DNA from: a virus
IMG/VR virus record: IMGVR_UViG_3300011113_000257
Location: 1-64,000 of that record
Direction: 5' to 3' (one strand)
Length of the DNA: 64,000 nucleotides
Both the position numbers and the translations under genes were made by a program. Below, one piece after another: positions 37,272 to 45,624 of this stretch. Under the pieces are notes generated by a model. That model made no database searches and was not told where the DNA came from. It saw nothing but the letters and a program-made list of their open reading frames with translations. How positions within the stretch are numbered: position 1 is the first letter of the stretch; every line of letters starts with the position of its first letter.

Positions 37272-37478
37272 ATGTCTAACTACCTAACCAAGTCGTATGA
37301 GATTCGCGCCTACACTTTAATGGGCGAGTTCATCTGCGTAGAGTGTGGAGAAAGTCTTTTCAGAAACTCTGACGATGACCCTCAGCCAGTGTTCAGTGAC
37401 CAGTGGAACACTCAGGAGATGCTTGAGACTTATGGGCTAGAAATACCTTGCTTCGCCTGTTACGAAGAAATACGATAG
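37272..37478 (+). CDS. Small Zn-ribbon protein
   Basis: CxxC...CxxC; own promoter, SD (AGGAG) and terminator. Confidence 0.75.
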   Translation: MSNYLTKSYEIRAYTLMGEFICVECGESLFRNSDDDPQPVFSDQWNTQEMLETYGLEIPCFACYEEIR

Positions 37479-37490
37479 CCAAAGGCATAA

Positions 37491-37523
37491 GCCCCTACAC
37501 CGCAAGGTGTGGGGGTTTATCTT
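37491..37523 (+). terminator. Intrinsic terminator with GCAA tetraloop
   Basis: cccctacacc-gcaa-ggtgtgggg followed by a T-rich run. Confidence 0.75.
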
Positions 37524-37647
37524 TGCTTACCGCAGATAGGCATAACCGCAACACGCCAAAAACTTTTTACCGTATGACTTGCATTAACCTGACTTTTCTG
37601 GAATAATCATCTTATGAGGTTGCAAGGGGCAACCGCGAGAGGAAGCA

Positions 37648-37959
37648 ATGACCGTAGAAAAACTAATCGAAGAATACCTAGAGGTTCTAAACGATAAGGC
37701 ACTAACTATCTGCACTACCGCATACGGAGTAAGCAAGGGACGTAAGTTTGCAAAGGTACTGGCACACGGTACTCAGACATCAGTACACGCTTTCGTAAAC
37801 CTAGAGAACGGTGACGTAATCAAGCCAGCAACATTCAATGCACCGCAGAAAAATTCTGACGGTACTTTTTCAGTCCGCTACAACTTAGTGGATGACGAAT
37901 CACGCAAGGCACTATTCGCAGAGTTAGACCCGTATGGTCACTACCTTTACGCAAGGTAG
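37648..37959 (+). CDS. Conserved phage hypothetical protein
   Basis: SVHAFVNLENGDVIKPATFNAP..VRYNL motif; own promoter, hairpin, SD and terminator. Confidence 0.75.
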   Translation: MTVEKLIEEYLEVLNDKALTICTTAYGVSKGRKFAKVLAHGTQTSVHAFVNLENGDVIKPATFNAPQKNSDGTFSVRYNLVDDESRKALFAELDPYGHYLYAR

Positions 37960-37967
37960 CCAACTAG

Positions 37968-38003
37968 AAAAACCCCCCCACCGCAAGGTGAGGGGGCTTT
38001 CTT
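37968..38003. terminator. Bidirectional terminator with GCAA tetraloop
   Basis: A-run, C-run, accgcaaggt, G-run, T-run, between convergent genes. Confidence 0.75.
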
Positions 38004-38015
38004 ATTTACGAAAGA

Positions 38016-38285
38016 TTAAACGCTTTCGCTTTTCTTGCCTTTTGACTTTGTATCAACCGAGTTAAACACTTCATCAATTTCTGCATCAGACAAGTCACCG
38101 TCATTAATGTAGGCGCGTGATAAGCCCTCGACTACGGTAGCGACTCCACCGACTCCAGCCATAAGAATTGCTTGCCAGAGTTCGACTCCAGCAATAGTTC
38201 CAGCACCGATAACCGATAGACCTGAAGCAGAGAATACGGCAAGAATACGCAAGGTAATCTTTCGTATCTTATTAGTTACTGTCAT
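38016..38285 (-). CDS. Small membrane protein (holin-like)
   Basis: Probable start MTVTNK; two hydrophobic segments; charged C-terminus. Confidence 0.55.
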   Translation of the reverse strand: MTVTNKIRKITLRILAVFSASGLSVIGAGTIAGVELWQAILMAGVGGVATVVEGLSRAYINDGDLSDAEIDEVFNSVDTKSKGKKSESV

Positions 38286-38387
38286 AGTGTGTCGTCCTTC
38301 CAAAATTTCACACGGTGCTAAAACAATTTCAGCACCCAGCCTTACGAGTTTATCGCAGGTATTGGGTGCTGAAATTATTTGTGGCAA

Positions 38388-38663
38388 CTACTTAACAATA
38401 ATTCTCATTGCTGTCGGTGCAGTTACTTCAACAACTGGTGCAGGTGCAGGTTCGACAACTGGTTCAATAATTGGTTCTGGTTCTGGCTCAACCGTAGGTT
38501 CAACTACGACTGGTTCAGGTGCAGACTTCCTACCTTTGTATGTCTTTGCAACTGGTTCTTCTACCGTAACTTCCGCTACTGGTTCGACAACTAATTCAGT
38601 CACGGACTCTTCGAGTTCCGCAACTTCATCAACTGTCACTTCAAGTTCTGGATTCAGTTCCAT
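38388..38663 (-). CDS. Acidic Glu/Pro/Val-rich disordered protein
   Basis: Probable start MELNPELE after AAGGA. Confidence 0.6.
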   Translation of the reverse strand: MELNPELEVTVDEVAELEESVTELVVEPVAEVTVEEPVAKTYKGRKSAPEPVVVEPTVEPEPEPIIEPVVEPAPAPVVEVTAPTAMRIIVK

Positions 38664-38719
38664 AGTATTCCTTTGTTGAGGTTGTGCCTTGTATCTATTG
38701 TAAGACACAACTCAACTTC

Positions 38720-38872
38720 CTAGTTCTCTCTAATAGAGAGTAACGCAAGGCTAACCGCGTTAAGACCGAAAGCAAGTGTTAGCAAGTCTTTGCCTAACAT
38801 TGCCGAAACTACTGCCAATACCCCCGCGCCGAGCGAGGCTACTGCCACCCAAATAATTTCAGTTCTATTCAC
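38720..38872 (-). CDS. Two-TM miniprotein (50 aa), not in ORF track
   Basis: GTG start; MNRTEIIWVAVASLGAGVLAVVSAMLGKDLLTLAFGLNAVSLALLSIREN*. Confidence 0.55.
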   Translation of the reverse strand: MNRTEIIWVAVASLGAGVLAVVSAMLGKDLLTLAFGLNAVSLALLSIREN

Positions 38873-39059
38873 TAGAAACCTTTTTCGGGCGAGTTCGACC
38901 CTTTAACCGAGTAGACGAGTCACGCAACTCAACGCCTTCAGCCCAAACTGCCTTCCGCGCTGTACGGTAGCAAACATCTAGTTCACTAGCAATAGTTTCA
39001 ATAGACTTACCTTCTAGGTACATTTCGCTTGCTTGCTTACTAATTTTCTTGACAATCAT
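38865..39059 (-). CDS. Small HTH DNA-binding protein
   Basis: YLEGKSIETIASELDVCYRTARKAV..GVELR. Confidence 0.75.
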   Translation of the reverse strand: MIVKKISKQASEMYLEGKSIETIASELDVCYRTARKAVWAEGVELRDSSTRLKGRTRPKKVSSE

Positions 39060-39107
39060 TATTTACTTTTCCTTTTCTTTTTCTATGTAGGGGCTTGCCC
39101 TACCCCC

Positions 39108-39266
39108 TTAGGGGTAGAGCAAGTCTTTACAACTTTGAGATAACTCAACGGTATCCACCTTGCATCTATCTGGCGTAGCCAAGTTCTCTGCTACTACAAA
39201 CATCGCAATCAGTATTACCGCAATGAATACGTTCCGAACACGTTCTCCGCGCTTAGTAAGTTTCAT
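39108..39266 (-). CDS. Small single-TM protein
   Basis: MKLTKRGERVR followed by a TM segment; AAGGAG SD; promoter TTGACA-N17-TAAGAT at 39305-39333. Confidence 0.65.
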   Translation of the reverse strand: MKLTKRGERVRNVFIAVILIAMFVVAENLATPDRCKVDTVELSQSCKDLLYP

Positions 39267-39307
39267 CTTGCTCTCCTTTTCGTTGAACCATTCAACTAAG
39301 GACAATC

Positions 39308-40252
39308 TTACGCACTAACCTGCACTTTGTCAAGTCCAGACACGCGAGTCTTTTCATAGACGTTAGCCACTACTTCAGCCCAGATAGACGGCGTATGCGT
39401 ATGAGGTTGATAACCACCCGCACCGCCTATCAACACGCGCCCTTGAGCGTAAGTGTTAGCAATGTCCGCAACTATGTCTGAGGCGTATGCATAGCCGTCA
39501 TAGTCAAATTGCAAACTAGCAAGCGGGTCAGTCTTGTGACCATCCGCGCCAGTAGCCAGTAGCACAACATCAGGTTGATACTTATCCGCAAGTTCACGGA
39601 TGTCATCCATAGCCTGAGCAAACTCCAAGTTCCCAGCACCACGAGGCAACGCCCAGTTGTAAACTGAATTTTTTTCGTCGTGACCACTACGCCCAGTTCC
39701 AGGGAATACAGTCCCGTCGTGAATACTCATAGTTGGAATGTCCGTATGGTAAAGCAATGCCTCAACTCCGTCACCGTGATGAGCATCCCAGTCAATGTAC
39801 ATAGTCTTTAGACCTGCTTCACCGAACTTCTTTCCAGCCCAAGCAATGTCATTAAACACGCAAAAACCACTTGAGTAGTCATAGTGAGCGTGATGCTTTG
39901 CACCTTGAGGATTAAAGCCAACTTGCACTTCTCCAGCAATCATCTTCTCAACTAGCCGAGCCGTACCTGCAAACATCTTGAGCGCAGTAAGACCAAGTTC
40001 TGGTTTTGTTCCTGCCCACTCATTCGATAAGCCAAGTAGCACTTCTTGAATGTAGGCAGGGTGATGCACTTTATGTAGTTCTTTAATGTCCGCATCCGTG
40101 CTTTTAGGCGCAACAATCTTTACGCTATTTTTGCCTAACTTGTCAATAAGCAAGTCGGTAGCAAGCAATGCGCGTTCTGGATTAGTAGGGTGACCTTCAC
40201 CTAACTGCCAATCCAAATAATCATTTCCGTATGCAATGTGTAATTTTGTCAT
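39308..40252 (-). CDS. Zn-dependent histone-deacetylase-family (AcuC-like) deacylase
   Basis: HPTNPER, GAKHHAH, SGFCVFND, YIDWDAHHGDGVE, GADGHKTDPL, GGAGGY. Confidence 0.92.
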   Translation of the reverse strand: MTKLHIAYGNDYLDWQLGEGHPTNPERALLATDLLIDKLGKNSVKIVAPKSTDADIKELHKVHHPAYIQEVLLGLSNEWAGTKPELGLTALKMFAGTARLVEKMIAGEVQVGFNPQGAKHHAHYDYSSGFCVFNDIAWAGKKFGEAGLKTMYIDWDAHHGDGVEALLYHTDIPTMSIHDGTVFPGTGRSGHDEKNSVYNWALPRGAGNLEFAQAMDDIRELADKYQPDVVLLATGADGHKTDPLASLQFDYDGYAYASDIVADIANTYAQGRVLIGGAGGYQPHTHTPSIWAEVVANVYEKTRVSGLDKVQVSA

Positions 40253-40759
40253 TTAGTCATTTCCTTTCTTCTCTAAATCTAGTAACCACTTTTCGTAGTC
40301 TTTGTTGCAAAGTACAAGAACACTTCTTGACTGTCGCAAGTATGTGATACTTTCCTCAGCCGAGTAGCCTCTACTCATTAGCACTAATGCGCTAACAAGT
40401 CCAGACCTATTCAGCCCAGACAAGCAACGAATCAGAACACTCTTTCCCGCGTCAAGTTCGTAGTTCACAAAGTCCACTAAAAATTTCAGTTCTTCTTCGT
40501 TAAACTCCGCAACACTTCCATCTTCAAAGTGTTGCCGAAACTCTCTAACGTGCCAGTCCACGGGATTACTCCAAGCGTGTAGTGTCACCACCGTATCAAA
40601 GTCCTGCTTTGTAATCCGTGGTTCTATCTCTGGCTTTCCAACAATGTCATCTTCATCAGTTCCGCCCATAAATAAATTGGGATAAACTTCTGTCCATAAC
40701 TCTTTTGGCATCAGTTCCGCATAAGTTCCGAGTCCTTCTTCCTTTTCGTATTTTGTCAT
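40253..40759 (-). CDS. Dual-specificity / PTP-like protein phosphatase
   Basis: CX5R active site VLIRCLSGLNRSG; EVYPNLFMGG N-terminus. Confidence 0.88.
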   Translation of the reverse strand: MTKYEKEEGLGTYAELMPKELWTEVYPNLFMGGTDEDDIVGKPEIEPRITKQDFDTVVTLHAWSNPVDWHVREFRQHFEDGSVAEFNEEELKFLVDFVNYELDAGKSVLIRCLSGLNRSGLVSALVLMSRGYSAEESITYLRQSRSVLVLCNKDYEKWLLDLEKKGND

Positions 40760-40829
40760 TTTTTCCTTTCCCTTGAAGAATAACAGGTTAATAACATTTT
40801 GTCAAATTGACGGGAAAAGATAAAACCCT

Positions 40830-40883
40830 GTTATCAAATCGTTATCAAATGGATTAGGAAATGTCAGGGTAATGCGCTATGCT
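40830..40883 (+). promoter_or_regulatory. Promoter with upstream GTTATCAAATC direct repeat
   Basis: GTTATCAAATCGTTATCAAAT, then TAGGAA-ATGTCAGGGTAATGCGC-TATGCT; the same 21-mer occurs inverted at 57976-57996. Confidence 0.65.
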
Positions 40884-40924
40884 TAGTACATAAGCCAACA
40901 AGGGGTTGGTGAAAAGGGGTAACA

Positions 40925-41167
40925 ATGAATTGCACTCAATGTGAGAGAAAGGCTTACTCCGTAGGTCTTTGTACTGCGCACTATATGGCTAACTATCGGG
41001 CAAAGAAAAAATACGGCATACCTACCAAAGTCTCTAAGCGACACGGTGGCTGTGTAGAGGCTGGTTGTGAGCGAGAGATTTACTCAAACTCCATTTGCAG
41101 GACACACTATATGAGGGTCTATCGCCGTAGGGTAAAGATACGAAATAAAGAAGGTCTAAAGATTTAG
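40925..41167 (+). CDS. Small protein with two Cys/His (C..C...C..HY) Zn-binding repeats
   Basis: CTQCERKAYSVGLCTAHY and CVEAGCEREIYSNSICRTHY. Confidence 0.75.
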   Translation: MNCTQCERKAYSVGLCTAHYMANYRAKKKYGIPTKVSKRHGGCVEAGCEREIYSNSICRTHYMRVYRRRVKIRNKEGLKI

Positions 41168-41347
41168 AATCCTATACACGGGCTCACAAGGGTCGCCACC
41201 TTCGTCAGCGTATTCCTGTTCTTCAGGGGTTAAGTAATCCCAACCACTATCGTGTACCGCGCAATACTGCTCGCTAATCCACCCTTTTGTTCTGCCAAAC
41301 AGTATCCACTCCGCGCGTTCATCCCATTCTTCGTCTTGCATCTGCAC
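41156..41347 (-). CDS. Hypothetical protein
   Basis: GWIS..YCAVHD...GGDPC motif. Confidence 0.6.
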   Translation of the reverse strand: MQMQDEEWDERAEWILFGRTKGWISEQYCAVHDSGWDYLTPEEQEYADEGGDPCEPVYRILNL

Positions 41348-41358
41348 CCCTAAAAATT

Positions 41359-41919
41359 TCAGTTATCTTTGTACTGTACCGCAATGTGGATAGTTCCGCC
41401 AGTACCTGAATCCAAGTAAGACGAAATAGTTATGGCTTCTTTTAGATAAGTCTTTGCTTCCTCGACCGTAACTTTAGTCCTGACCATAGAATGCAATGCG
41501 CCAAGCGCGAATGATGAGCCACTACCAATACCGTAGATACCTGCAACATCTCTTGCCCAGCAGTAGTCATCATCAATCTCGTAGACAACACCATTAACGC
41601 AAAGGATAATGTTAAACTCTTGGTTTCCGTCTTTTGCGTAACCATTTGTTTCAAAGTAGCCCCTGATTACTGGAATTACTTTAGTAGAAACAAACCTGTC
41701 AAGTTTAACTCCACTTAAGTTTTCCGCATCAGGTAAAGGAATGTCCGCAAGTAAGTTCACAGCCCTCAAGTCTCCTGCAGCACCTATGAGATAGTTCCCG
41801 TTCTTAGATACTTTCTTTATCCCACTTGGTAAAAGATAAACTCTGTTGTCTGATGAAATTTGAGAGTCAAACCCAACAACCGTAAATCCGTCTCCCTGAA
41901 TTGCTGCAATAGTTGTCAT
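41359..41919 (-). CDS. Proteasome beta/HslV-like Ntn-hydrolase protease
   Basis: N-terminal MTTIAAI (Thr nucleophile), GFDSQ, K, GAAGD, GIGSGSSFALGAL, DSGTGG. Confidence 0.85.
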   Translation of the reverse strand: MTTIAAIQGDGFTVVGFDSQISSDNRVYLLPSGIKKVSKNGNYLIGAAGDLRAVNLLADIPLPDAENLSGVKLDRFVSTKVIPVIRGYFETNGYAKDGNQEFNIILCVNGVVYEIDDDYCWARDVAGIYGIGSGSSFALGALHSMVRTKVTVEEAKTYLKEAITISSYLDSGTGGTIHIAVQYKDN

Positions 41920-41936
41920 TAGAAAAGATTTCAGTT

Positions 41937-42203
41937 CTAGACTTCGTAGTCAATCGCGTCATCCCAGAGCAGGTCTTTAAGTTCATTTTCATACTTTGCT
42001 GAGTTCCAACCATTAGTTTTTTCCGAGATGTCTTCCTCATCAACAATCGAATCTAAAGACAAAACTGCCGTGTAGCCGTCATCCTCAAACATAATAATTA
42101 ACTTAGTGTCATCTCTTTCCGCGTCATCAACGATAGCAACAACAAAGGACTCGCCCGTACGATTAGTGTGGTACGCGCTCTGGAGAATTTCTAGTCTGCT
42201 CAT
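41937..42203 (-). CDS. Hypothetical acidic protein
   Basis: ORF track; co-oriented. Confidence 0.6.
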   Translation of the reverse strand: MSRLEILQSAYHTNRTGESFVVAIVDDAERDDTKLIIMFEDDGYTAVLSLDSIVDEEDISEKTNGWNSAKYENELKDLLWDDAIDYEV

Positions 42204-42252
42204 AGCAAAAACATTACCGCATCCTTAGAAAGGCTATTTTTGCTTAAAAAAC

Positions 42253-42483
42253 CTACTTAAAAACAGTAGTGAGCCTGTCGCTTAGGTTTACTATCTTGAC
42301 TATCTTGCTAGTGTTGTCTGGATTAAGTTCCCTAATCAACGCACTAGCCTTTGGATTATTGACCGCACTAAGTTGCTTATGGGCGTAGGCAATAGCCAGC
42401 CCCAAAGAGGTTTGAGTTCTACTCTCGAACGGAGGCTTTATTTCTTTGCCCTTCGAGGTCATTAGTGATACTGAATACTTCAT
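42253..42483 (-). CDS. Hypothetical protein, likely leaderless
   Basis: TTGACA-N16-TAGACT ends 6 nt before the ATG; no SD. Confidence 0.6.
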   Translation of the reverse strand: MKYSVSLMTSKGKEIKPPFESRTQTSLGLAIAYAHKQLSAVNNPKASALIRELNPDNTSKIVKIVNLSDRLTTVFK

Positions 42484-42518
42484 ACCTTTAGTCTACCTAA
42501 AAGATTTCATTTGTCAAG

Positions 42519-42713
42519 TTAATCAAAATACTCAATAACTACCGCGCCCACGAAAGAAACCGCGCCAACTATAAGGGTTGCTACCAAGTAAGTAGGCGTT
42601 ATCACTACTGGCTTTAGCAGACCGATAAACATAAGTTGTAGTTCTAGTAGTGCTAAAGGCAATGAGCCAATAGCAACAAAAGTTAAAACATCCCGTAAGT
42701 GGAATAGAAACAT
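42519..42713 (-). CDS. Small membrane protein
   Basis: Two hydrophobic segments; GGAGG SD. Confidence 0.6.
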   Translation of the reverse strand: MFLFHLRDVLTFVAIGSLPLALLELQLMFIGLLKPVVITPTYLVATLIVGAVSFVGAVVIEYFD

Positions 42714-42716
42714 CTC

Positions 42717-42857
42717 TTAGACCTCCCACTCTCTGTAGCAATCTTGGCAAACCCAATCGAGGGTTATCCAATCGGTGCTTGACGGTGAAACATTAAAACC
42801 ACCGCGAACTGAATCTCCGCACTGTGGACACTGATGTGATTCCTTAAACTTTAACAT
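42717..42857 (-). CDS. Zn-ribbon miniprotein
   Basis: MLKFKESHQCPQCG...CQDC; AAGGAG SD after AAGGG hairpin. Confidence 0.65.
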   Translation of the reverse strand: MLKFKESHQCPQCGDSVRGGFNVSPSSTDWITLDWVCQDCYREWEV

Positions 42858-43204
42858 CTTGCTCTCCTTTTTATCGCCCCTTGCGATAGTTCTATCATAA
42901 CACAAGTCTCTGACCTTTGTCAAGTTAAACGCTAGACGCGCCACCGAAAGGGGATAAGGTGACGCGCCTAACATTTATGAGTGGGGAGAAAGGGGGGGCA
43001 ACCCCACTCGTATTCGGAGCATAGGGAGAAGGGAGAAAACCCTCGCTCTACGAACTCCTCTACTTTAGCATAAAAAAATTTCAGTTATGCCTCCGTGTCG
43101 GAAAATTTAACAATCCCCACAAACTGACTTACTCGAAACCTTTTTCGAGTCAAGCCCAAACCTTTTACCGCATCTCCAACAATTAGTAAAGATAGTCACT
43201 ACCC

Positions 43205-43429
43205 TCACTCCCCAATCTCTGGAATGTCGTAGTCGTTCTGCCAACCGCACTTAGGGCAAGTCCAAACACCGCGCCCCCAGTCGTCAAAAGATACTTCCTC
43301 TGTACCCTCAAACTTGCAGTCAATCTCCGCGCCTGACTGAAACTCAATAATGCCTTTGCACTCTAGGTCATCAATCTCTGCTGAATCCGCGTAGAATCCT
43401 GAACCTCTTAGTGAACCTTCGTAACTCAT
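43205..43429 (-). CDS. Small Zn-binding protein
   Basis: C...C...CPKC; AAGGGA SD. Confidence 0.7.
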   Translation of the reverse strand: MSYEGSLRGSGFYADSAEIDDLECKGIIEFQSGAEIDCKFEGTEEVSFDDWGRGVWTCPKCGWQNDYDIPEIGE

Positions 43430-43497
43430 TTTGTTTCCCTTCTTCTATCGCCCCTTGCGATAAATCTATTTAACCACATAATCTGACTAATGTCAAG

Positions 43498-43671
43498 TTA
43501 CTTGATAACTGTGCCTGTCCAACCCTCTGGAATTGAGTATTTAGTTTTTAGTGCCGTGTGAAAAGTGTCCACAACTATCTGACAAACACCGTCTAGTATC
43601 TCGTCACTCATTCCGTCAAGGTATGTCCGCAAGTTTTCCTGCAACTGTTCTTGCAATTCAAAAGTATTCAT
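43498..43671 (-). CDS. Hypothetical protein (57 aa), not in ORF track
   Basis: MNTFELQEQLQENLRTYLDG...; AAGGAG SD. Confidence 0.6.
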   Translation of the reverse strand: MNTFELQEQLQENLRTYLDGMSDEILDGVCQIVVDTFHTALKTKYSIPEGWTGTVIK

Positions 43672-43740
43672 CTTGTTCTCCTTTCAAGAGTAAAGTTCCC
43701 CAACCCTAAATTTCCAAAACATCTAGGGGTGGGGAATCCT

Positions 43741-43935
43741 TTATTTGTCGTTGATACCTAACAAAGCGAAAATTTCATCTTCGTTCAAGACAGTAACCTT
43801 GTCGCCACTATCATCAACAATTTTTACGCTAGTTACACGGTAAGAGTTAGCAACCAAGTCACGAACTTCTTGCGCCGTGTTAGCGGTAAAACTGTACTCG
43901 TTATCTTTCGACTTCATTGTTACGTTGTAAGCCAT
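43741..43935 (-). CDS. Hypothetical protein (64 aa)
   Basis: Start MAYNVT after AAGGGAG; the track's longer start runs through the ncRNA candidate. Confidence 0.65.
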   Translation of the reverse strand: MAYNVTMKSKDNEYSFTANTAQEVRDLVANSYRVTSVKIVDDSGDKVTVLNEDEIFALLGINDK

Positions 43936-43993
43936 TTCGTTCTCCCTTCTTGGCTCTACCCTTCCCGCACTTTGCGGAAAAGTTTTCAGTTTA

Positions 43994-44135
43994 TGAAGTA
44001 GGTAGGTGGCTCTCTCAACCACCTGTATGCGCTTCCCCACGCTTCCTATTCGGCTACCTACTTCAGTATTGACTGGCGAACTACGCACCGCACTCCAGTT
44101 GTAGTTTTCTTACCTAGTGCAAGACCAGTCAAGTC
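43994..44135 (-). ncRNA. Candidate structured ncRNA (pseudoknot domain plus tRNA-like cloverleaf)
   Basis: Stems 44132-44125/44076-44069 and 44065-44055/44004-43994; own promoter at 44159-44187. Confidence 0.5.
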
Positions 44136-44188
44136 TTTCTCTATTTAGTTATGACCCTAGTCTATCATACTAGGTTTGCTTTCGCAAG

Positions 44189-44267
44189 TCCCAAGAGTAG
44201 GAATCGAACCTACCGTGCCAAAGCGAGTGATTTACAGTCACCTTCCCCACCTTGAGGAATCCTTGGG
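44189..44267 (-). tRNA. trnY: tRNA-Tyr(GTA), atypical D arm, no encoded CCA
   Basis: Acceptor CCCAAGG/TCTTGGG; anticodon arm GGTGA-CTGTAAA-TCACT; long variable region; T arm GTAGG-TTCGATT-CCTAC; promoter at 44287-44315. Confidence 0.75.
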
Positions 44268-44301
44268 GTTATTTAGTTATGGAACTAGTTTATCATACTA
44301 G

Positions 44302-44469
44302 TTATCTTTTTGCAAGTTCTTCGATTAATCTTGTTCGGCGTACAACATCTTTCGTACTCCAACCTTGACCAATCTCCGCGCAAGACTCCAAGTAGTAATC
44401 TAAGTCCTGAATTTCATCGTGAAGTTCGTTCACGGTGAGTTCCTCTACTGGTTTGTTTCTTGTAAGCAT
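44302..44469 (-). CDS. Hypothetical protein (55 aa), not in ORF track
   Basis: MLTRNKPVEELTVNELHDEIQ...; SD; promoter at 44491-44519. Confidence 0.6.
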   Translation of the reverse strand: MLTRNKPVEELTVNELHDEIQDLDYYLESCAEIGQGWSTKDVVRRTRLIEELAKR

Positions 44470-44624
44470 CTTTGCCCCTTTCGTTCCTCAAGTGTACAAC
44501 ACTTTCCTGACAAATGCAAGTCACGGGAAAAGATAATTTAGCGAAGGCGGGACTCAGAATAAAAAATTTCAGTTTTACCAAAAAAGAAAACCCCCGCAAT
44601 GCGCGAGGGCTTTCCATTTTTAGA

Positions 44625-44798
44625 TTAGTAGTTTTCGTTCACCCAATCCACAACGTCTTGCATTTTATCCGCGCTACGCGCTACCGCTAGAAAGTTTTCA
44701 TCTTCTAGTAATAGGCTTTCGTGAACAGTGGTCTCACCTGCTACGAAACCCAGTACGACTCTTAGATTAAGAGTTGATAGTAGTTGTCCTGTTGCCAT
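44625..44798 (-). CDS. Hypothetical protein
   Basis: Start MATGQLL after AAGGGG. Confidence 0.65.
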   Translation of the reverse strand: MATGQLLSTLNLRVVLGFVAGETTVHESLLLEDENFLAVARSADKMQDVVDWVNENY

Positions 44799-44880
44799 TT
44801 TTTCACCCCTTTCCGTGTGATAACACGAGTCTATCATACCTACCTGACATTTGCAACCCTAACGCCCGAGCGTGGTGGGG

Positions 44881-45030
44881 CTAGTTGCCCCCACCACCGC
44901 ATTCGCCATCGGCGAATTCGAGACAACCGCCACAGCAGTCGTCACAAGTACGCACCCAGATAACATCTAGGGCAGGAATGTGTAGAGTTGAGTGAGTTGA
45001 GGTTGTGTTGCAGAATTGGCATTTGGACAT
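44881..45030 (-). CDS. Cys-rich miniprotein
   Basis: MSKCQFC...CDDCCGGC...C. Confidence 0.55.
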   Translation of the reverse strand: MSKCQFCNTTSTHSTLHIPALDVIWVRTCDDCCGGCLEFADGECGGGGN

Positions 45031-45157
45031 TTGAAACCCCTTTAGGTTTAGTATCAAGACCCCTTGCCTTGATGAATCAAGTCTATCATACCTACCTGAC
45101 ATTTGCAAGCACATAAGAAAACCCCCTCCGTAGAGGGGGCTTTCCAAAGGGGTCGCG

Positions 45158-45467
45158 CTAGACGTTAAATAGTTTTTGCACGGCGGTTAGTGCCTTTATG
45201 TCTTTACCACCAATGTGCCAATCGTATTGACCGTAGTTAATTCCGCTTTCGTAGTTCTTCCAGTCGTAGATACTCGCGACAAATACTTCGCCAGTTGTTT
45301 CATCTTCAAACTTTAGCAACCATTCTGCCTGTACTTTATCTTCGGTATAGCCCAAGTAGTGTGGCTCTCCCAACTTTTCTACGATAGTCGCGTAGGTTGT
45401 TCTTACATAACCAAGTAGGAAAGTTCCGCTTGTGTCTACAGAATTACTTTTTTCTATGAGTTTCATT
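45158..45467 (-). CDS. Conserved phage hypothetical protein
   Basis: KLGEP...DKVQAEW...ASIYDWK...WHIGG motif. Confidence 0.7.
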
Positions 45468-45582
45468 TTTTCTCCCTTTCGTGGTATTTCCACTACCTAA
45501 AGTAAACCACTTTATCTGACAAAAGTCAAATCAAATTAAATCCCGCGTGTCCCTAAAAAATTTCAGTTTTACGTTCCCGCAC

Positions 45583-45619
45583 AAAAAAAATAACCCACCC
45601 CGTAGGGTGGGCTACTTTT
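45583..45619 (-). terminator. Intrinsic terminator (representative; similar ones at ~44581, 45117, 46206, 46941, 47400, 49105, 49541)
   Basis: GC hairpin with an A-run on + (U-tract on -). Confidence 0.75.
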
Positions 45620-45624
45620 GTAGA

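Noticed and set aside
43936-44088. N-terminal extension of ORF 43741..44088
   Set aside because: A strong SD precedes the ATG at 43935, and the extension coincides with a highly paired RNA-like region.
44140-44188. Theta/HDV-like ribozyme directly 3' of the tRNA
   Set aside because: I could not build the nested double pseudoknot; the sequence is explained by a promoter.
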